Assembly: GCF_009914755.1 (NCBI RefSeq)
Contig: NC_060929.1
Source: the human T2T-CHM13v2.0 reference genome, Homo sapiens
Strand: one strand, 5' to 3'
DNA length: 64,000 bases
The position numbers and the translations under genes were made by a program. The notes under the pieces were generated by a model. It saw only the letters and a program-made list of their open reading frames with translations. It was not told the DNA's origin and made no database searches. Each line of letters begins with the position of its first letter. Position 1 is the first letter of the stretch. This document shows, in pieces, positions 43,106-58,688 of this stretch.

Positions 43106-43222
43106 TGGAAACTTTTGACCTCAAAAATCATGTGACAGCTTCGTCACTAAGCTAATGTGTACTTGTCACAAGAACCATATATATGCACAATCATTAGTAA
43201 CATGACTTGGACACAGCTACAT

Positions 43223-43415
<193 letters not shown>

Positions 43416-44793
43416 TAGTATCCACAGTGTTTTTTTACTTAATATAACATGCGTATTTCTCCCTGTAACCATGTAGTCTTCTAAAATGGACTTTTTAGCA
43501 GAGTATATGGAAATTTTATGTTTTGTTTTTCTAATCCCCAGTAGAACATCCAGACACCCTGTCTTTCATGGGTGCCCTCCTGCCCCCAACCCTCCTAGGC
43601 TTTCTTATCTCATGAAAAGGGGCTGCCGGTGCAAGAGTCTGCTGGAACAACCTCTCCAAACAGTTTATGTCAACTCCTGGGTCTGTTTCCTTAGATTTTT
43701 TTCTCCATCTGCTTCTCTTCCTAAGCCCTTCCTGGCCTGGACCTTTCTGGAACAGAAGATCTCCATGGGTTCCTTGCTCTCCCCCAGCCTGAGATTTTTA
43801 AAAGATTATGAGGCGTTCCAGTGACCCTGAGCGTCCTCATCACACTCTTACAGTATTAACAGGCCAATCCATCAGCCATTGATGAAAAGTGTACGGGGCT
43901 CCACAGATCTCTCCACCACAGCCTTATGAGGCAGCCTTGACCCCATTCCACAGACAGGGATGCTGTGGCTCAGGCAAGTCCAGTAGCTGGCCGAGGGACA
44001 CACCTGCTGAATTCAAGTCAGGTCTGCCTGAGGCCTACCTCATGTTTATCAACCTTATACCCCTAACTGTCCAGGGCTCTAGCATATTGGAGAGCCACAT
44101 CCCATCCCCTGACCACAGACACCTGTCCACCTGTCTCCCCTAAGAGAAGGAATAGAACACTTTCCTCCCATTATTCTCCCACCATGTTGGGCTCCAGGAA
44201 GACCTGTATTCCTGCCTTCCTAATGTACCATATTTCTTCCCACGAAGGCACAGGCTCCCCTTCCACCTGAAATGTGCCTTCCCTCCTGCGTGCCTCACTA
44301 ACTCCTAATGCAGCCTTCAGATATGGGCTCCAGGTCACCTCCCACACAAGCAAGGAGGTTCCCCCTCACATTATATATGTTCAGAGCACTGTGTCATTTG
44401 TCTTCCTAGCACTTGCCATGGACTGTACATATATTCTTTTGCAATTATTTCAATATGTGTTTCTCCCACTAGACTATCAGCTCCCCAAGGACAGGAACTA
44501 TGTCATTTTTGCCACTCATCCTAACCCTAGGACCAGACACAGTAGCCCACACTCAGTGTGCCTGTTGAATGAGCAACTGCTCAGAACCTAAGCCAACTGG
44601 CCATGCCCACTCTCAGGCCATTCCTCAACCCCAGTGGCCCTCCATGTTCATACCACTCCCTCCTTTCTGATGGGTCTGTGTTGATCTCTCTGGGCTCATG
44701 GTGGTGGGGGTGGCATCCTTGACTAGTTCTTGTTTTATTCTGAAAGTGACATACTGGCATTAAAAAAAGAAAAATCACATCACAGAGGTCACA

Positions 44794-45091
<298 letters not shown>

Positions 45092-45829
45092 TCAGATTTT
45101 TTTTTCCATTTATACAGAACCTCAGTCTCACCCCCATAATTTACTGTTACTTGTTATCTACCCCAAATTGTTATGCATGTATAAACATACATATTTTCAG
45201 CCTTCAAAAAATAGAGACGAAACAATCCAGTTCTGCTTTCTGCAGAAACCACATGCATTTGTTAAAAATGACCGGGCTCTGCCGTGTACCCTCCACACTC
45301 ACTGTGAAGATCAGAAGGAAGGAGAGAGTTTACACATAAACAGTTCCTCCTAGCAGCCCTTTTGGGACTTGACAGCACTTCCTACATCCCCTTTCCATCA
45401 TCTCTCCTCCAGCCTAAACAGCATGAGCTTGTTATTTTAAGCATCCTCATAAGGCCCCTGTTCAAGCCCATATATCTGGCTGTGTGGCCTCCAGAATAAA
45501 TTCCGTGCAGCTGGAGGGCAAGCAGGCATGTGCAGCTCCACTGAGGAAGACAGAGTCAACATGCCACGTGATCGTGGTTTCTGGTTAGACCAGACACTCA
45601 TAAGAAGAACTGATCCTGGACACTAGCGATGCTGGCCACAAACTAGCAGAGGCGGCACAAACACTCCAACTGGAAGGCTTCTTCATATCTGATTTTTCAT
45701 GGGGTATTGGACAGTTATATGTAGGAAACACCTGTGACTAAGAAATTTTCAATTGTGTTCTCTTTGACCTTGAGTTTTGAAACCAATGCAAATTCTTCCC
45801 CTCCCACTAGCACCATTGTGACCCCTCAC

Positions 45830-46007
45830 CTCTTCTTCTCCACAGTCACACTCTTCCCCATCTTCCAGATACCCGTTCCCACACCTCCGGCCTCCATACA
45901 ACATCCTGGTGTCTGGCATGTTGGAGAGACACATTCCACCACCTGACTGCAGATACCTGTCCAGCTCCCTCCTGTTGCATCCATTGAACACTTTGGGAAA
46001 GGGGTGC
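45830..46007 (-). CDS. ADAM19: ADAM19 exon 12 (HPFPKVFNGC...CGNGYLEDGEECDCGEEE)
   Basis: GCCAG| and GAG|GTGAGG; 178 nt; CGNxxxExGEECDCG motif. Confidence 0.96.
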
Positions 46008-46200
46008 CTGGCAGAGGACAAGGCTGGAATTAGTGGGGAGTTTGAGCATCTAGCAGTCAGGCAGGTGTCACTCGTGCTGTCACTCCTGCTACCCGTGGGG
46101 CTGACTCCACCTGGGTTCAGACCCCCATTGTCTCACACACATACATTCTGGCCCCTTAGAACATTTACCAATACATTAATTTAGAATTTTTTCATCCCTT

Positions 46201-46530
46201 GAGTTCGTGTCCTTAGTAGGGACATGGATGAAGCTGGAAACCATCATTCTCAGCAAACTATTGCAAGGACAGAAAACCAAACACCGGATGTTCTCACTCA
46301 TAGGTGGGAACTGAACAATGAGAACACTTGGACACAGGAAGGGGAACATAACACACCGGGGCCTGTTGTAGGGTAGCAAGAGGCGGGGAGGGATAGCATT
46401 AGGAGATATACCTAATGTAAATGACGAGTTAATGGGTGCAGCACACCAACATGGCACATGTATACATATGTAACAAACCTGCACGTTGTGCACATGTATC
46501 CTAGAACTTAAAGTATAAAAAAAAAAAAAA
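46201..46530 (+). mobile_element. 5'-truncated L1PA 3' end (~330 bp)
   Basis: L1PA 3'UTR (GCATTAGGAGATATACCTAATGTAAATGACGAG...CTTAAAGTATA(A)n); imperfect TSD AGAATT.TTTCATCC. Confidence 0.92.
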
Positions 46531-47267
46531 AGAATTCTTTCATCCTTAGTGATGAGATATTAACCACCCCATAACATTCTATTTTTCTTAGTCGGCATGC
46601 AGAAAGCATTTGAGAATCAGGAGTAGCAATTTCTGCCCATTGCATGAGGGGGCTGCGATAAGTAAAGGGTTGTGAGTGTGTTACAAGAGGTCTCCTGAGA
46701 CTTAGCACTGAAGAAAACACCAGCCAACCTAAACTTTTCCTGAAGCTGATATCAGGTGAATATTCTCTTGTGACAGAGGACCAGGCCAAAAAAAGGCCAA
46801 GATCATAAGTTTTATTTCATTTTGGGCCAGTGATCTCATTGCTGTTCTAAGGATGCAGAGGGCATTCCAAACTCAACCAGCCAACTCATAAACGCATGCT
46901 CTTTATCACAGGAGTATGGAAGGTCCTGGGTCCCACCATTGGTGAAAAGGACAAATAGTACAGCCATCTGGGTCTACAAAAGGAGAGTTATCCTGCTCCC
47001 AATTCTCTAAACCAATTAAAGGTTAAACCCTCCAAGAAACTGGAGCTTTTCCTTCAGTGGGAAGGTATGCTCCAAGGAATTTGTTACTAATAATTGTTAA
47101 ACTATCCATATTTGTGAATAATTTAAAAATGAAAGAGAGTAGTAATCAATATAACTCTCAATCATTTGTCTTCAGATACGCTTTTTAGATTGAGAGAGAA
47201 AGGGGTGAGCTTAACCATGAGCTTATAGGGATCCAGGCATGACTGTGAAGCTGTATCCTGCCTCATT

Positions 47268-48290
<1,023 letters not shown>

Positions 48291-48696
48291 TTACATCGGA
48301 GCTTTCAGTGAAGCCTGGAATTGAAACAGCACTGATCCAACTCTCTTGGGATAGAAGAATTAAGGGCTGTGGCTATGATCAAAATGTGTCCTCATAAAAA
48401 ATTCATGAAATAAAAAAGACACATATGGCCAAGCCAATTTTATAACTCAACACCTTAAAACAGAAATTAAATAAATCTAGGGTTACACCAGCACCAAACC
48501 TCCTGCTGGAAAGTTAAGTTCTTGCTGCACATTTGCCTTGGTCTTCTCTCAATTTCTTTGTTGTAAAAACTACATTTTTTGGCCCCATCAGAAGTTTAAG
48601 GGAGTCTCAGTGGGGCCAGCTGGGAGGAACCCCTGGGTCACACTGTCCAGGTGTGCCCGCCCTCCTCCCCATCCTCCCTCTTGCTGTTTGACTCAC

Positions 48697-48836
48697 CCAG
48701 TGGCAGCTGCCATGATGCACCCACCATCAGCCGCACTGGCCGAGCAGCAATCTGCAGAATCATGGGTCATGCCAAAGTTGTGGCCCATCTCGTGGGCCAT
48801 GGTGGCAGCCACGCCAATGGCATTCTCGGAGTGGTC
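48697..48836 (-). CDS. ADAM19: ADAM19 exon 11, catalytic zinc site ([12 protein letters not shown] ... CIM Met-turn)
   Basis: GAGCAG| and |GTGAGT; 140 nt; intact metzincin HExxHxxGxxH motif. Confidence 0.97.
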
Positions 48837-50083
48837 CTGCTCAGAAGACAGAGTTGAGGTCAAGGTCAAGGGGACAGATCTGCCTCTGCCCCCCATCCCT
48901 GCCTTATCCTTAGCCAAGTCTTGCAGGTCTCCACCAATTCCACTGTCACTGAGCATACAGACTCTCCATATGTGCCTCTGACAGCAAGGCTGAATCTGCT
49001 GTCACTAGGAGGAAATCAAATGTTTAAAAGTCCATGTTTCCTGAGTTCTCAAAGGTTGCAGACCACAACTGACCTATGGATGAACTTCCAGACCAATAAA
49101 TGCTTTCAGAATAAATAAAAGAGGAAGATTTTTCCCCATTCTTCTTCTGAACATATATATTTCTCCAGACATAAGGAAATCAACATAGAAAACACGACCT
49201 TGATTCAAACATAGGGTGTACTTGGCTTAGTGTTTCCTGAGAAAACCACACAAGACAGATACACTCCAGGCACAGCACTTGGTGTACTGTCTGATGATGC
49301 AAAAGCTAAAGAAATCAAGAGGAAAAAAACCCAGCAGGAAAGAAGCAGCAGAAAGAGATTTACTAAACATGGAAGTGTGTTTCCTGCATTATTTCATTTA
49401 ATTCCCATTCCTATCCTATGATTATCAACTGTAAAACTATGCGTTTTTTACAGCTGAGAACACTCATTAACTCACCCAAAATCACACAGCTGTTCTTTGA
49501 ACCCAACAGGCTCAGACCCTAGAGCCTGTGGTTTTGGCCATTATGCTACTTTGTCGATAAATACAGAATGGATAGAGGGACAGACAAATAGATGAAGACA
49601 AGTCTTCCTTGATATGCACTTCACAGGTTAGAAATGAAGAGTCAAAACAAATAGTCTCATGAAGTCAGAGTGAATTTCAAAAGAAGGCAGTAATTTCCTA
49701 ACCATGACTTTGAGACAGGTTCTTGTTTCTTAATGACATATATAACAGCACACGACCTGAAATAAAAATACTTTTAACCTCTACTCTCTTACTATTTTCC
49801 AGCCCCTGGTTTGGAACATATGAGATCTAGTGATGTATGCATGTAATCTCTTCAGGGTTCCTGAGCTTGAAGATACGGAATGAACTATAATAAATGAAAA
49901 TTCACCCTTCAGTACCTCCATCTCTTAGAACTTAATGACTTCATTTTAAACAATTGCCCTTCCTGATGTCAAAGCTTTTTCTGCTACAATAATAAATATC
50001 AACTTATTATTCAAAAGATGACCTCTGGTCTTGAAAGGCAGCTCAGCGCCTTCTGCAGCGCACACACACGGGCTGAGACTCAC

Positions 50084-50168
50084 CATGTTGACTCCTCCAG
50101 ACTGGTACACAGAGCACATGGCCATGAGGGGGGCCAGGCCGATGGTGGTGCCGTGGAAGGACATGCCC
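50084..50168 (-). CDS. ADAM19: ADAM19 exon 10 (GMSFHGTTIGLAPLMAMCSVYQSGGVNM)
   Basis: TGCAG| and ATG|GTGAGT; 85 nt. Confidence 0.95.
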
Positions 50169-51353
50169 CTGCAGGAGGCAAGGAGAGACGGTGACCGGGG
50201 ACGAGACTAAGAGGGCTGTTCCAATGTGCCTGGGAGTAAGTGGCCATCACGGGGTTCCCTGGACCCGCTGACTTTCCCAGGTCATTCCCAAGGGGAGAGG
50301 CCCTTGTAACCAGGCCAACTGGACAAATTCCAGCTCACCACACCTCTCACTTCCTCTCACCTACTCCCTCATGACTCCAGAGGAACACAAAGAGAGAGAG
50401 AAAGGTTGTTTATCTCCCACAATATACCCATAGCTGATTCCTTGGAAGGAAATGGGCAGGGTTTGCAAAGCTGCATTGCATTCCTGCTGCACAGGAAAAG
50501 GTCAGAAGGAGAGGTTGATGGAAGGGTGGCACAGATTCTGATGCTGAAGTGAATCATGCCCACTTCCACCAGCTGCCGGGATCCAATACCTTACCCCTGG
50601 CTCTGTGGTGTGAGTCCCACAGGGTAGGGGTGGGGGCATCGGGGCAGCAGCTGTGGGGCCGATGATGCTTCATTCCCACATACTCAGGGGCCAAGGAAAC
50701 AGCTGTGCCCCATCAGGAGCCTCACAAAGTGCAGTTGGATGCAAGAATGAGCTGTTTCTGCCTTTGTTTTGCAATGGGATCCTAATCTGCCAGCAGCAAG
50801 CTTCATTTTCCCCAGTTGAATACATCCCTCTTTCAGTTATATACATCCAGGGTAGAGGAGAAGAAAAAAAAAACTACCAGTGTTTCTGTGCATGCCACAA
50901 ACATGTAATGTATTTAAAGAACCTATATGGAAATTCATTATGTGGTACTTATCTCCACGTTTGTCTTCTCATCTAGACCATGATATCTTTGACAGCAAGA
51001 CTATCTTAACTATTTTGGGATCGTAGAACCTAGCACAGAATCTCACACATAGTGGGTATACAATAAATGTTTGCTGAATTACAGGCAGACTTATCCTCAG
51101 AGAAACAATCTGCAAAGAAATATGCAAAATCTATGCAAATTGATATGAAGTCCTACTAGTTATTTTCTACATGTTCCAAAGTTCAGGCCAAAAGTTCTAA
51201 TAGCCAAAGACTCTTCCTAGGCAAATGTAGTAACTATTTACAGCCCAGGTTTTGGGGACAGTTATTTTTCCCAGTTTCTTTAAAAGGATAAGCCAAAGTT
51301 TAAATGATTATTAACTCAGCTATATTTAGGGAACAGAAGAAAAATGGTTTGAA

Positions 51354-51650
51354 GGCCAGGCATGTGTGGCTCACGCCTATAATCCCAGCATTTTGGGAGG
51401 CCGAGGCGGGCGGATCACTTGAGGCCAGGAGTTCAAGACCAGCTTGGCCAACATGGCAAAATCCTGTCTCTATTAAAAATACAAAAATTGGCCGGGCATG
51501 GTGGTGCATGCCTGCTACTTGGGAGGCTGAGGCACTAGAATTGCTTGAGCCCAGGAGGCAGAGGTTGCAGTGAGCCGAGATCACGCTACTGCACTCCAGC
51601 CTAGGTGACAGACGGAAACTGTCTCAAAAAAGAAAAAAAAAAAAGAAAAG
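51354..51650 (+). mobile_element. Alu (S/J)
   Basis: Dimeric Alu; flanking AGAA.A.AAATGGTTT repeat. Confidence 0.9.
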
Positions 51651-52328
51651 AAGACAAATGGTTTTATTATCTATATGCCTTTTGTTGTAACTGCCTCAAA
51701 ATACCTTCAGAAGTCAACACTAATAAATACCAAATAATCACCCTGGGGCACTGTCACATGTGACCCCCATCACTGTCTCTCCCAGGCTGATGAAAATCTA
51801 GCACAATCCCTCCTCAATGTCTCCCTCCAACCAAACCCTCAGTTCCTGCACTGTCTAACACTTGGACTCTCTCAAGCACTCAGCCTTGTGCCCCTTGGGA
51901 ACCAAGTGAAGGACAACACAAGGAGCCCGCTCTCCTGTGCCTGTGTTGGGAGATCAGCTCATGTATTAGAACAAAGCGCCAGGAAGATTGAGATGAGTCT
52001 CTTAGAAAGTCTAAGACCTGACCAACAGTCAGTCCCTTCCCAAATACATACACAATTATTTCAGATGCTCAATGGAATATGTGTAAGTCTAATTTTCCCA
52101 TTAGACTGTAAACATTTCTTAGGAATAATGTGACTCAGGCTTTTAAACATTTTCTGGGGTATGCTGGGTACAGAGCGCATGTTTAGGAAATGCCTGATTC
52201 TCTGGACCAGGGAGTCAGAATGGCCTTGTACAACCAACACTCGCCATGGGGCAAACTCTGAGCATGTGCTGGGTGGGCAGAGGCTTTGCAGCCAAGGACA
52301 ACACAACATATGGAAAAAGGCTATTTAC

Positions 52329-52495
52329 GTGATTAATTGGGCGTTGTCATGGTACTTCTGGGCAAGCAGCTTGCGCCTCCAACTGAGAAAGGACCAGAGG
52401 GTAGAATATGGATTCTCTGAAACTTCACACATGTTCCCGTGGGTCCACACTTCCAAGCCCACGAGAGCAATCCGGATGTTCAAGGATCGGTAAAA
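52329..52495 (-). CDS. ADAM19: ADAM19 exon 9 (FYRSLNIRIALVGLEVW...HDNAQLIT)
   Basis: TTTCAG| and AC|GTAAAT; 167 nt; reprolysin HDNAQL motif. Confidence 0.96.
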
Positions 52496-53220
52496 CTGAA
52501 AGGACACAGAAAAACCACAGTATCTGTCAATACCACCTGGGATTTAAAAGCCCCTTCCTTTCATTCTGTTGGAGCTTGAGATTAAAAAGAAAAAAACTAA
52601 AACTAAAAAATAAAAATAAATTTAAAAAAAAAGCTCCTTCCTAGCCTAAGAACTCAGAGCACAGATACCAGATTTCTCTTCTGCCCATGGCTCCAACAGA
52701 AGGAGGCAACTGGTGTTACTGACATTTTTTAGAAAGGGAAAATGAGATCCTGAGAGAGAGCAGGACATTCTGGTGGCAGAACTGCAGTGACTTTGTTTAG
52801 AGATGACTGAGATAGGACATAAAATTGCTTTCAGATATGAATAGGTCTATCATGTGGAAAAAGTTGTTCTGCATGATGTTCAAGTAGGGCTTAGGTCAAT
52901 AGGTAAAACAGACAGGAACATAAATTTCATTTTAAAATAGGAAGAAGGCTTTCAAACAAAGCTGGTCATGAGATAGCTCAGAGCTGAGCTTTGCTGTCTT
53001 CTGTAATCAGTGCCCTTGGCCAGGCTGTCTGGTACAATTTTTTTCTCCCAATTCCTTATGTGAGCCTTATCTTTCTTATGGGTATCTAAAAAGTTCTCTT
53101 GTATATAGATTTTTTAAAGCCACTTCATTGAGGTATAATTTGCATACCATAATACCCACCTATTTTAAGTGTACAGCTCAATGCTTTTTGGTAAATTTAC
53201 CAAGTTTTAAAGCCATCACC

Positions 53221-53544
<324 letters not shown>

Positions 53545-55822
53545 TTAGAATATTCTCATCACATCGGTGAGATCCCTCATGTCTATTGATAGTCATTTCC
53601 CATTCTCACCCTCAGCCCAGGCAACCGTGCATCTACTTTGTTTCTATTCTGCCTTTTCTGGACATTTGTTTTACAATATGTGGTTTTGTGTGTCTGGCTT
53701 CTCTCACTTACCATAATGTTTTTGAGATGTATCCATGTGTTAGAGTGTATTCGTTTATGATTTCTCTTTATTGCTGAATAATATTCTTTCGTATGGATAT
53801 AACAAATTATATTAATACATGGATATTTTATTATAAAATGTCTCCCACTCATTTTGGAAGTAAATGAGTATAAATGACATAAAAGTGCACAGATATGCTT
53901 ACTCTTCAAATTTTCTTCCCCATCCCTGGATAGTCTCAGGTTTTGTCAAGGATGGAATAAGCAGGTTGCAAGCAATAGACTACAGACGTCCTTGGTAATC
54001 TTCAGGGTTTTGTCCAAACCAGAGATCCTGAAATTCTATACCCAAGATCTGACTCGACCTCCTCGAGGCTAGAGCTACATCTAATCTTTATGATCTGGCA
54101 TTTTTCACCTCATACAAATATAAGCAGGAGGAGGGTTTTCTTTAAAGCTAAACCACTGGAAGGTGTGGATACAACGGGTTCTTTGATGGGTCCACCCTAC
54201 AAATACTGAGCCAGTGACTTAATAAAAAGCCCCATGTATGGAGAGGACATAATGAGCAGGAGATACCATCTTTATCCAAAATTGGTAGGTACTGCCCCAG
54301 CTGAAAAGAATAATCATAGCACCAACATTTTTCCACCACTTTTTACATACTAGGCACTGAGGCTTAGAGAAGTTAAGGAACTTGCCCAAAGTCTCAGCAA
54401 GAAGATGGTGGAGCCAGGATGAAGGCCCAAATTACAACCTCAGAGCCTATTTGTGACCCTTTACTACTTCAGTGCTGCAGTACCTACACATCCAGATAAT
54501 CCACTCGCTCCAAGAAACGCTGGTCAAGATGGGCTCCAGATTCAGTGAAATATCAGTTTATTTCAACAGAAATTTTGATTTTTCTGTTTTGTGCCAGTTC
54601 AATCGTTACAGAAAATAAAAGGTTCAGATTCCAATTTGAATTTGCTTTACTAGGGAGCTTTTGAAGGAAGTAAACTTGGCTTTTTTTCACAGTTACAGAA
54701 AAACATTTTGGATTGGGTTCATGACTCAGCACGAGTCCAATTCATTCCAGTTTTAGTTCAACAATAGTTCAGTTCAAGTAGCTAGGTCAGCAAGCTCCAG
54801 AGAAGTGGGCGTGGCTTCCCTTACCCGCCAGGAGTGACTAACACCAGCCGCGAGGAGAGAGCCAAGACGGCTGCACAGGATGCATGGGCCACCCAGGCTT
54901 AGGGCTTTCAGTAAGGACTGGGGCTTGCTGGTGCCTCTCTTCTCCCTTCACTTGTCACCAGCGCCCTTGGTTCCATCACATACCCCACAGAGGGGATACC
55001 CAGCCAAGTCCGAACCTGCCAGGTCTCCAAACAATAGATGTCACATGGGGGAAAGCAGAGTCAGCCTCCCATATTCTCCCCAGGGAAACAAGCTTCCCTT
55101 GTTTTCCCAGATGTCAAATGTTTGGGTTGTAGGATTATTTAAATGTTATTCTTGAGTGAGTCAGGAGCTAGAGGGAGGACTGGACTGTGTCCCTAGAGTC
55201 TGTCCTTCCAGGAAATGCCAGTGTTTGACTTTCACCTGTCACTGACCACTGACCTTTGTTTCCAGAGCCATCTAGGGCAGAAAAAAACCATGGGCATGGA
55301 AACTGCCATCTGATGACTTCAGAACTAATACATTTGCCTATTAATCCCTAAAACATATTTTAAGTGATCTCCTATATTCTCTAGTGTTTAGGAAAAAATG
55401 ATTTTCCCTTTAGACCTGGAATTCATGAATCCCTAGCAGGCCCAAAGTTAAGCTTCATCAATGTTATGAGTATTCTAAAATTGTGCAATAAACGTTACCA
55501 GATTCTCAAAGAGACTTTTGATCCCAAACACATGAAAAACTACTTTTAAAAACTATATACTACTAGCCTACCAAGAGGCTACTGTCATTCTAGGTTACCT
55601 ATTCTGCATTTTGTACTATAACAAATATCTTCTTTCATATACACAATGTACTTCCAAGTCCCAGACCAGCCCGTTCTAGTAAAATTCAAAAATGTAGGTA
55701 TTTCCGAAGAGCATCTTGTAAAAGGTCCTGACCTAGGAAAGTTAACCACTGCACATCCTTCCTAAGAGACAAGACATAATTTTAGGATAACTTTACAGAT
55801 GGAGACTTTATAGATTAGCCCC

Positions 55823-55886
55823 AAGCAACCCACTTCTCAGACAATCCGCTTCTCAAGCAACCCACTTCTCAAACAGCCCACTTCTC
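55823..55886. repeat. 16-bp minisatellite, 4 copies (AAGCAACCCACTTCTC)
   Basis: Units start at 55823, 55839, 55855 and 55871. Confidence 0.9.
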
Positions 55887-56461
55887 AACTTTTAAGGCTG
55901 TGTGTCTTTCCCACCCTGACCTACCTCAATTCCCTCCTAAGTCAGAGAATCCCTGGGCTTTGTATCTGGAAGGAACCTTAAAGAACCTTAAAGGATTCTT
56001 AAACTGGGCTCTTCCATGCCCCAAGCTGCTCGGGAGCCACTGCAGGGGTAAGAGGAAGGGGTCAGAAGGACAGTGTTCTGGGTCCTCACCCCAGCTCCCA
56101 CTTAGAGCAGTCTGTTTTCATCTAACTTTTATAGTAGATATTGGCATAAGATTTCATTTTTTAAAATTCCACCAGGAAAATAAAAATAACAAAAAAAAAC
56201 CACACATTGATTTACGACAGCCTTTCTATTTATAAGCTGAAAACAGAACAAAAGAAAAAAAAATGCAACACAAAGAAAATGAGTTACTTGCCTAAGGGTA
56301 CGTAGTTCAGGGCTCTGTCATGACCGCCCTGGGCCTCTATGGCACTGCTCATTCCCTTTCAGAAGATGGCTGGGGCAGCCAATCCAGCAGAAGGCAGCTC
56401 CAGTGCCCTTGGAAGTGCTGGCACCTGGCACCTTTCCCACAAAGTACACACCTGGTCTCAC

Positions 56462-56533
56462 CTTATCAACATAGTTGGCGATCTCTATGAGCTTGTGTTT
56501 GGTGGCGTCCTGGTCTCGTCGATTCTTCTGAAA
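56462..56533 (-). CDS. ADAM19: ADAM19 exon 8 (FQKNRRDQDATKHKLIEIANYVDK)
   Basis: ATTTAG| and AAG|GTGAGA; 72 nt; phase 0-0. Confidence 0.94.
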
Positions 56534-57258
56534 CTAAATGGGACAAGCAGAACCATGTGAGATCCCAGAACCTCTCACAGGATGCTTCCTGCGCCCCATT
56601 ACTTGTCTTTGAATTTGCTCTTATTTTCTTCTGTCTTCTATGAGCCATCATTTTTATGCAATTGTCTTCCCCACCACAGTAAGAGCTTTGGAGGGTAGGA
56701 CCTGTCAACATCCATCTTCATATCCACAGCTACTAGCTCAGCGCAGCACACACAGTAGGCATGCAATAATTATGCACGGAGTAGAATTGCCTTCCTCTAA
56801 CCCTTGAAGCACATCTTATTCTCCTGTCCTTCGAATTACATGGCCTCTGGCAAACTCCCACTGGGGCTTAGGAGGACTGATCCAATCCTCACTGTGGTCA
56901 TCACCCCAACATGAAGCCACCATTACACAGATCTCACGAGGCTTCCCTACATGTGGTCAATCAACAATCATCGAATTGCTGCTGAATGCCTGCTATGGGC
57001 AAGGCATTGTGCTTAGCACTATGTAGGACACAAAGAAGTGTGAGATCTTGGTTCTAGCCTAGAGGAGCTTCAATTAAAACAGAGAGGGCCAGAAATAACT
57101 GTGGCAGATGCTGAGTGACAGACCCTGTACTTAAGGAGTATAGAACTGAAATGGTTGAGAAAACCTGCCGGGAAAACGTGCACAGAAATAACCACAGTGG
57201 GAGGTCATGTGAATGACATGAGTGCCAACGAGGAGGACCATAAGACACTGGCAAATAG

Positions 57259-57654
<396 letters not shown>

Positions 57655-58451
57655 GTAATCAGACATTTCTAACCAAGCACAGGAAAGAAAGCTGTGTTCC
57701 ATTAGAAATATCTGCCATGGGTACCAGAAAGAGGACATTTTAGTATGAATACCTCCTATTTACCATTCCTGCCTCAAAAAGATAGATCTCTCTGAGCTGC
57801 AATGATGAAGGAAAGCTTCACAGTGTAAAGAGAAAACCTGCTACAACTGCAAATTACATTTAAAAATGATGGGCATGTCCTGTACACTGCCATTGTTACA
57901 CAGAATCTGGGTCCTCTCTAATTTATCTTAGGTACCCACTATACATGTTATTTTGATTCAAAATCTTCACGTCCTTCCTCCACCCCATCCCATGAGAATA
58001 TCTAAGCAAGAAAGAACAAGAACAGCCAAGTAAAACAACCTGGGGTATTTGTTTGGCCAGAGGTGTGTACCAGCCCTGATACAGGGAAGAAATCCACCAT
58101 TTCCCTTTCACCACAGCTTGTGGACATTCTTAGGCTTCCTTAAAACTGCCACTCACCAGAAGAGAATCTGTTACCACTGCTTTCTAGAGTTAGATTCAGT
58201 GTGACACTGTAACTTAGACCTTTCCAAGGTGTTAATCCAGGAGTTTCTCATTATAGAGGCCTCCTGTTTCTAAATTGGTCTCTCGGCACAGACAGCGTTG
58301 CAGCATTTCCATTCATTTAGTAATATTTATTAGAACATCAGGGCCAGATTTCATTGTCTTTCAAAAAAATATTAATCTTCTCTTCAAAGAACTGCCCAAT
58401 GAGACCACCATAATTTAAGGAGCGAATTCTGTTGTCCAGAGTATTCTGAAG

Positions 58452-58688
58452 CAGGAGTCAGCAAATCTTTTCTGCAAAGGCCGGATTAGGCTTTGCGGCC
58501 CCATAGTCTCTGCTACAACTCTTCAACTGTGCAGTGGTGGCTCAGAATAATACAGACACCTGTATATATAATACAGAAGCCTGGATAATACAGAAACCAA
58601 TGGGCCTGGCTGTGTTCCAGTAAAATTTTGTTTGCAAAAACACAGGATAGGCTGGATGTGACCATGGGGTATAGTTTGCAGACCCCTG
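58452..58688. mobile_element. MER58A-like hAT-Charlie MITE
   Basis: CAGGAGTCAGCAAA ... TTTGCAGACCCCTG terminal inverted repeats. Confidence 0.85.

Noticed and set aside
55823-55886. Short repeats as a CRISPR-like array (also 7983-8118, 22115-22158)
   Set aside because: Contiguous tandem units with no unique spacers, in a mammalian genome without cas genes.
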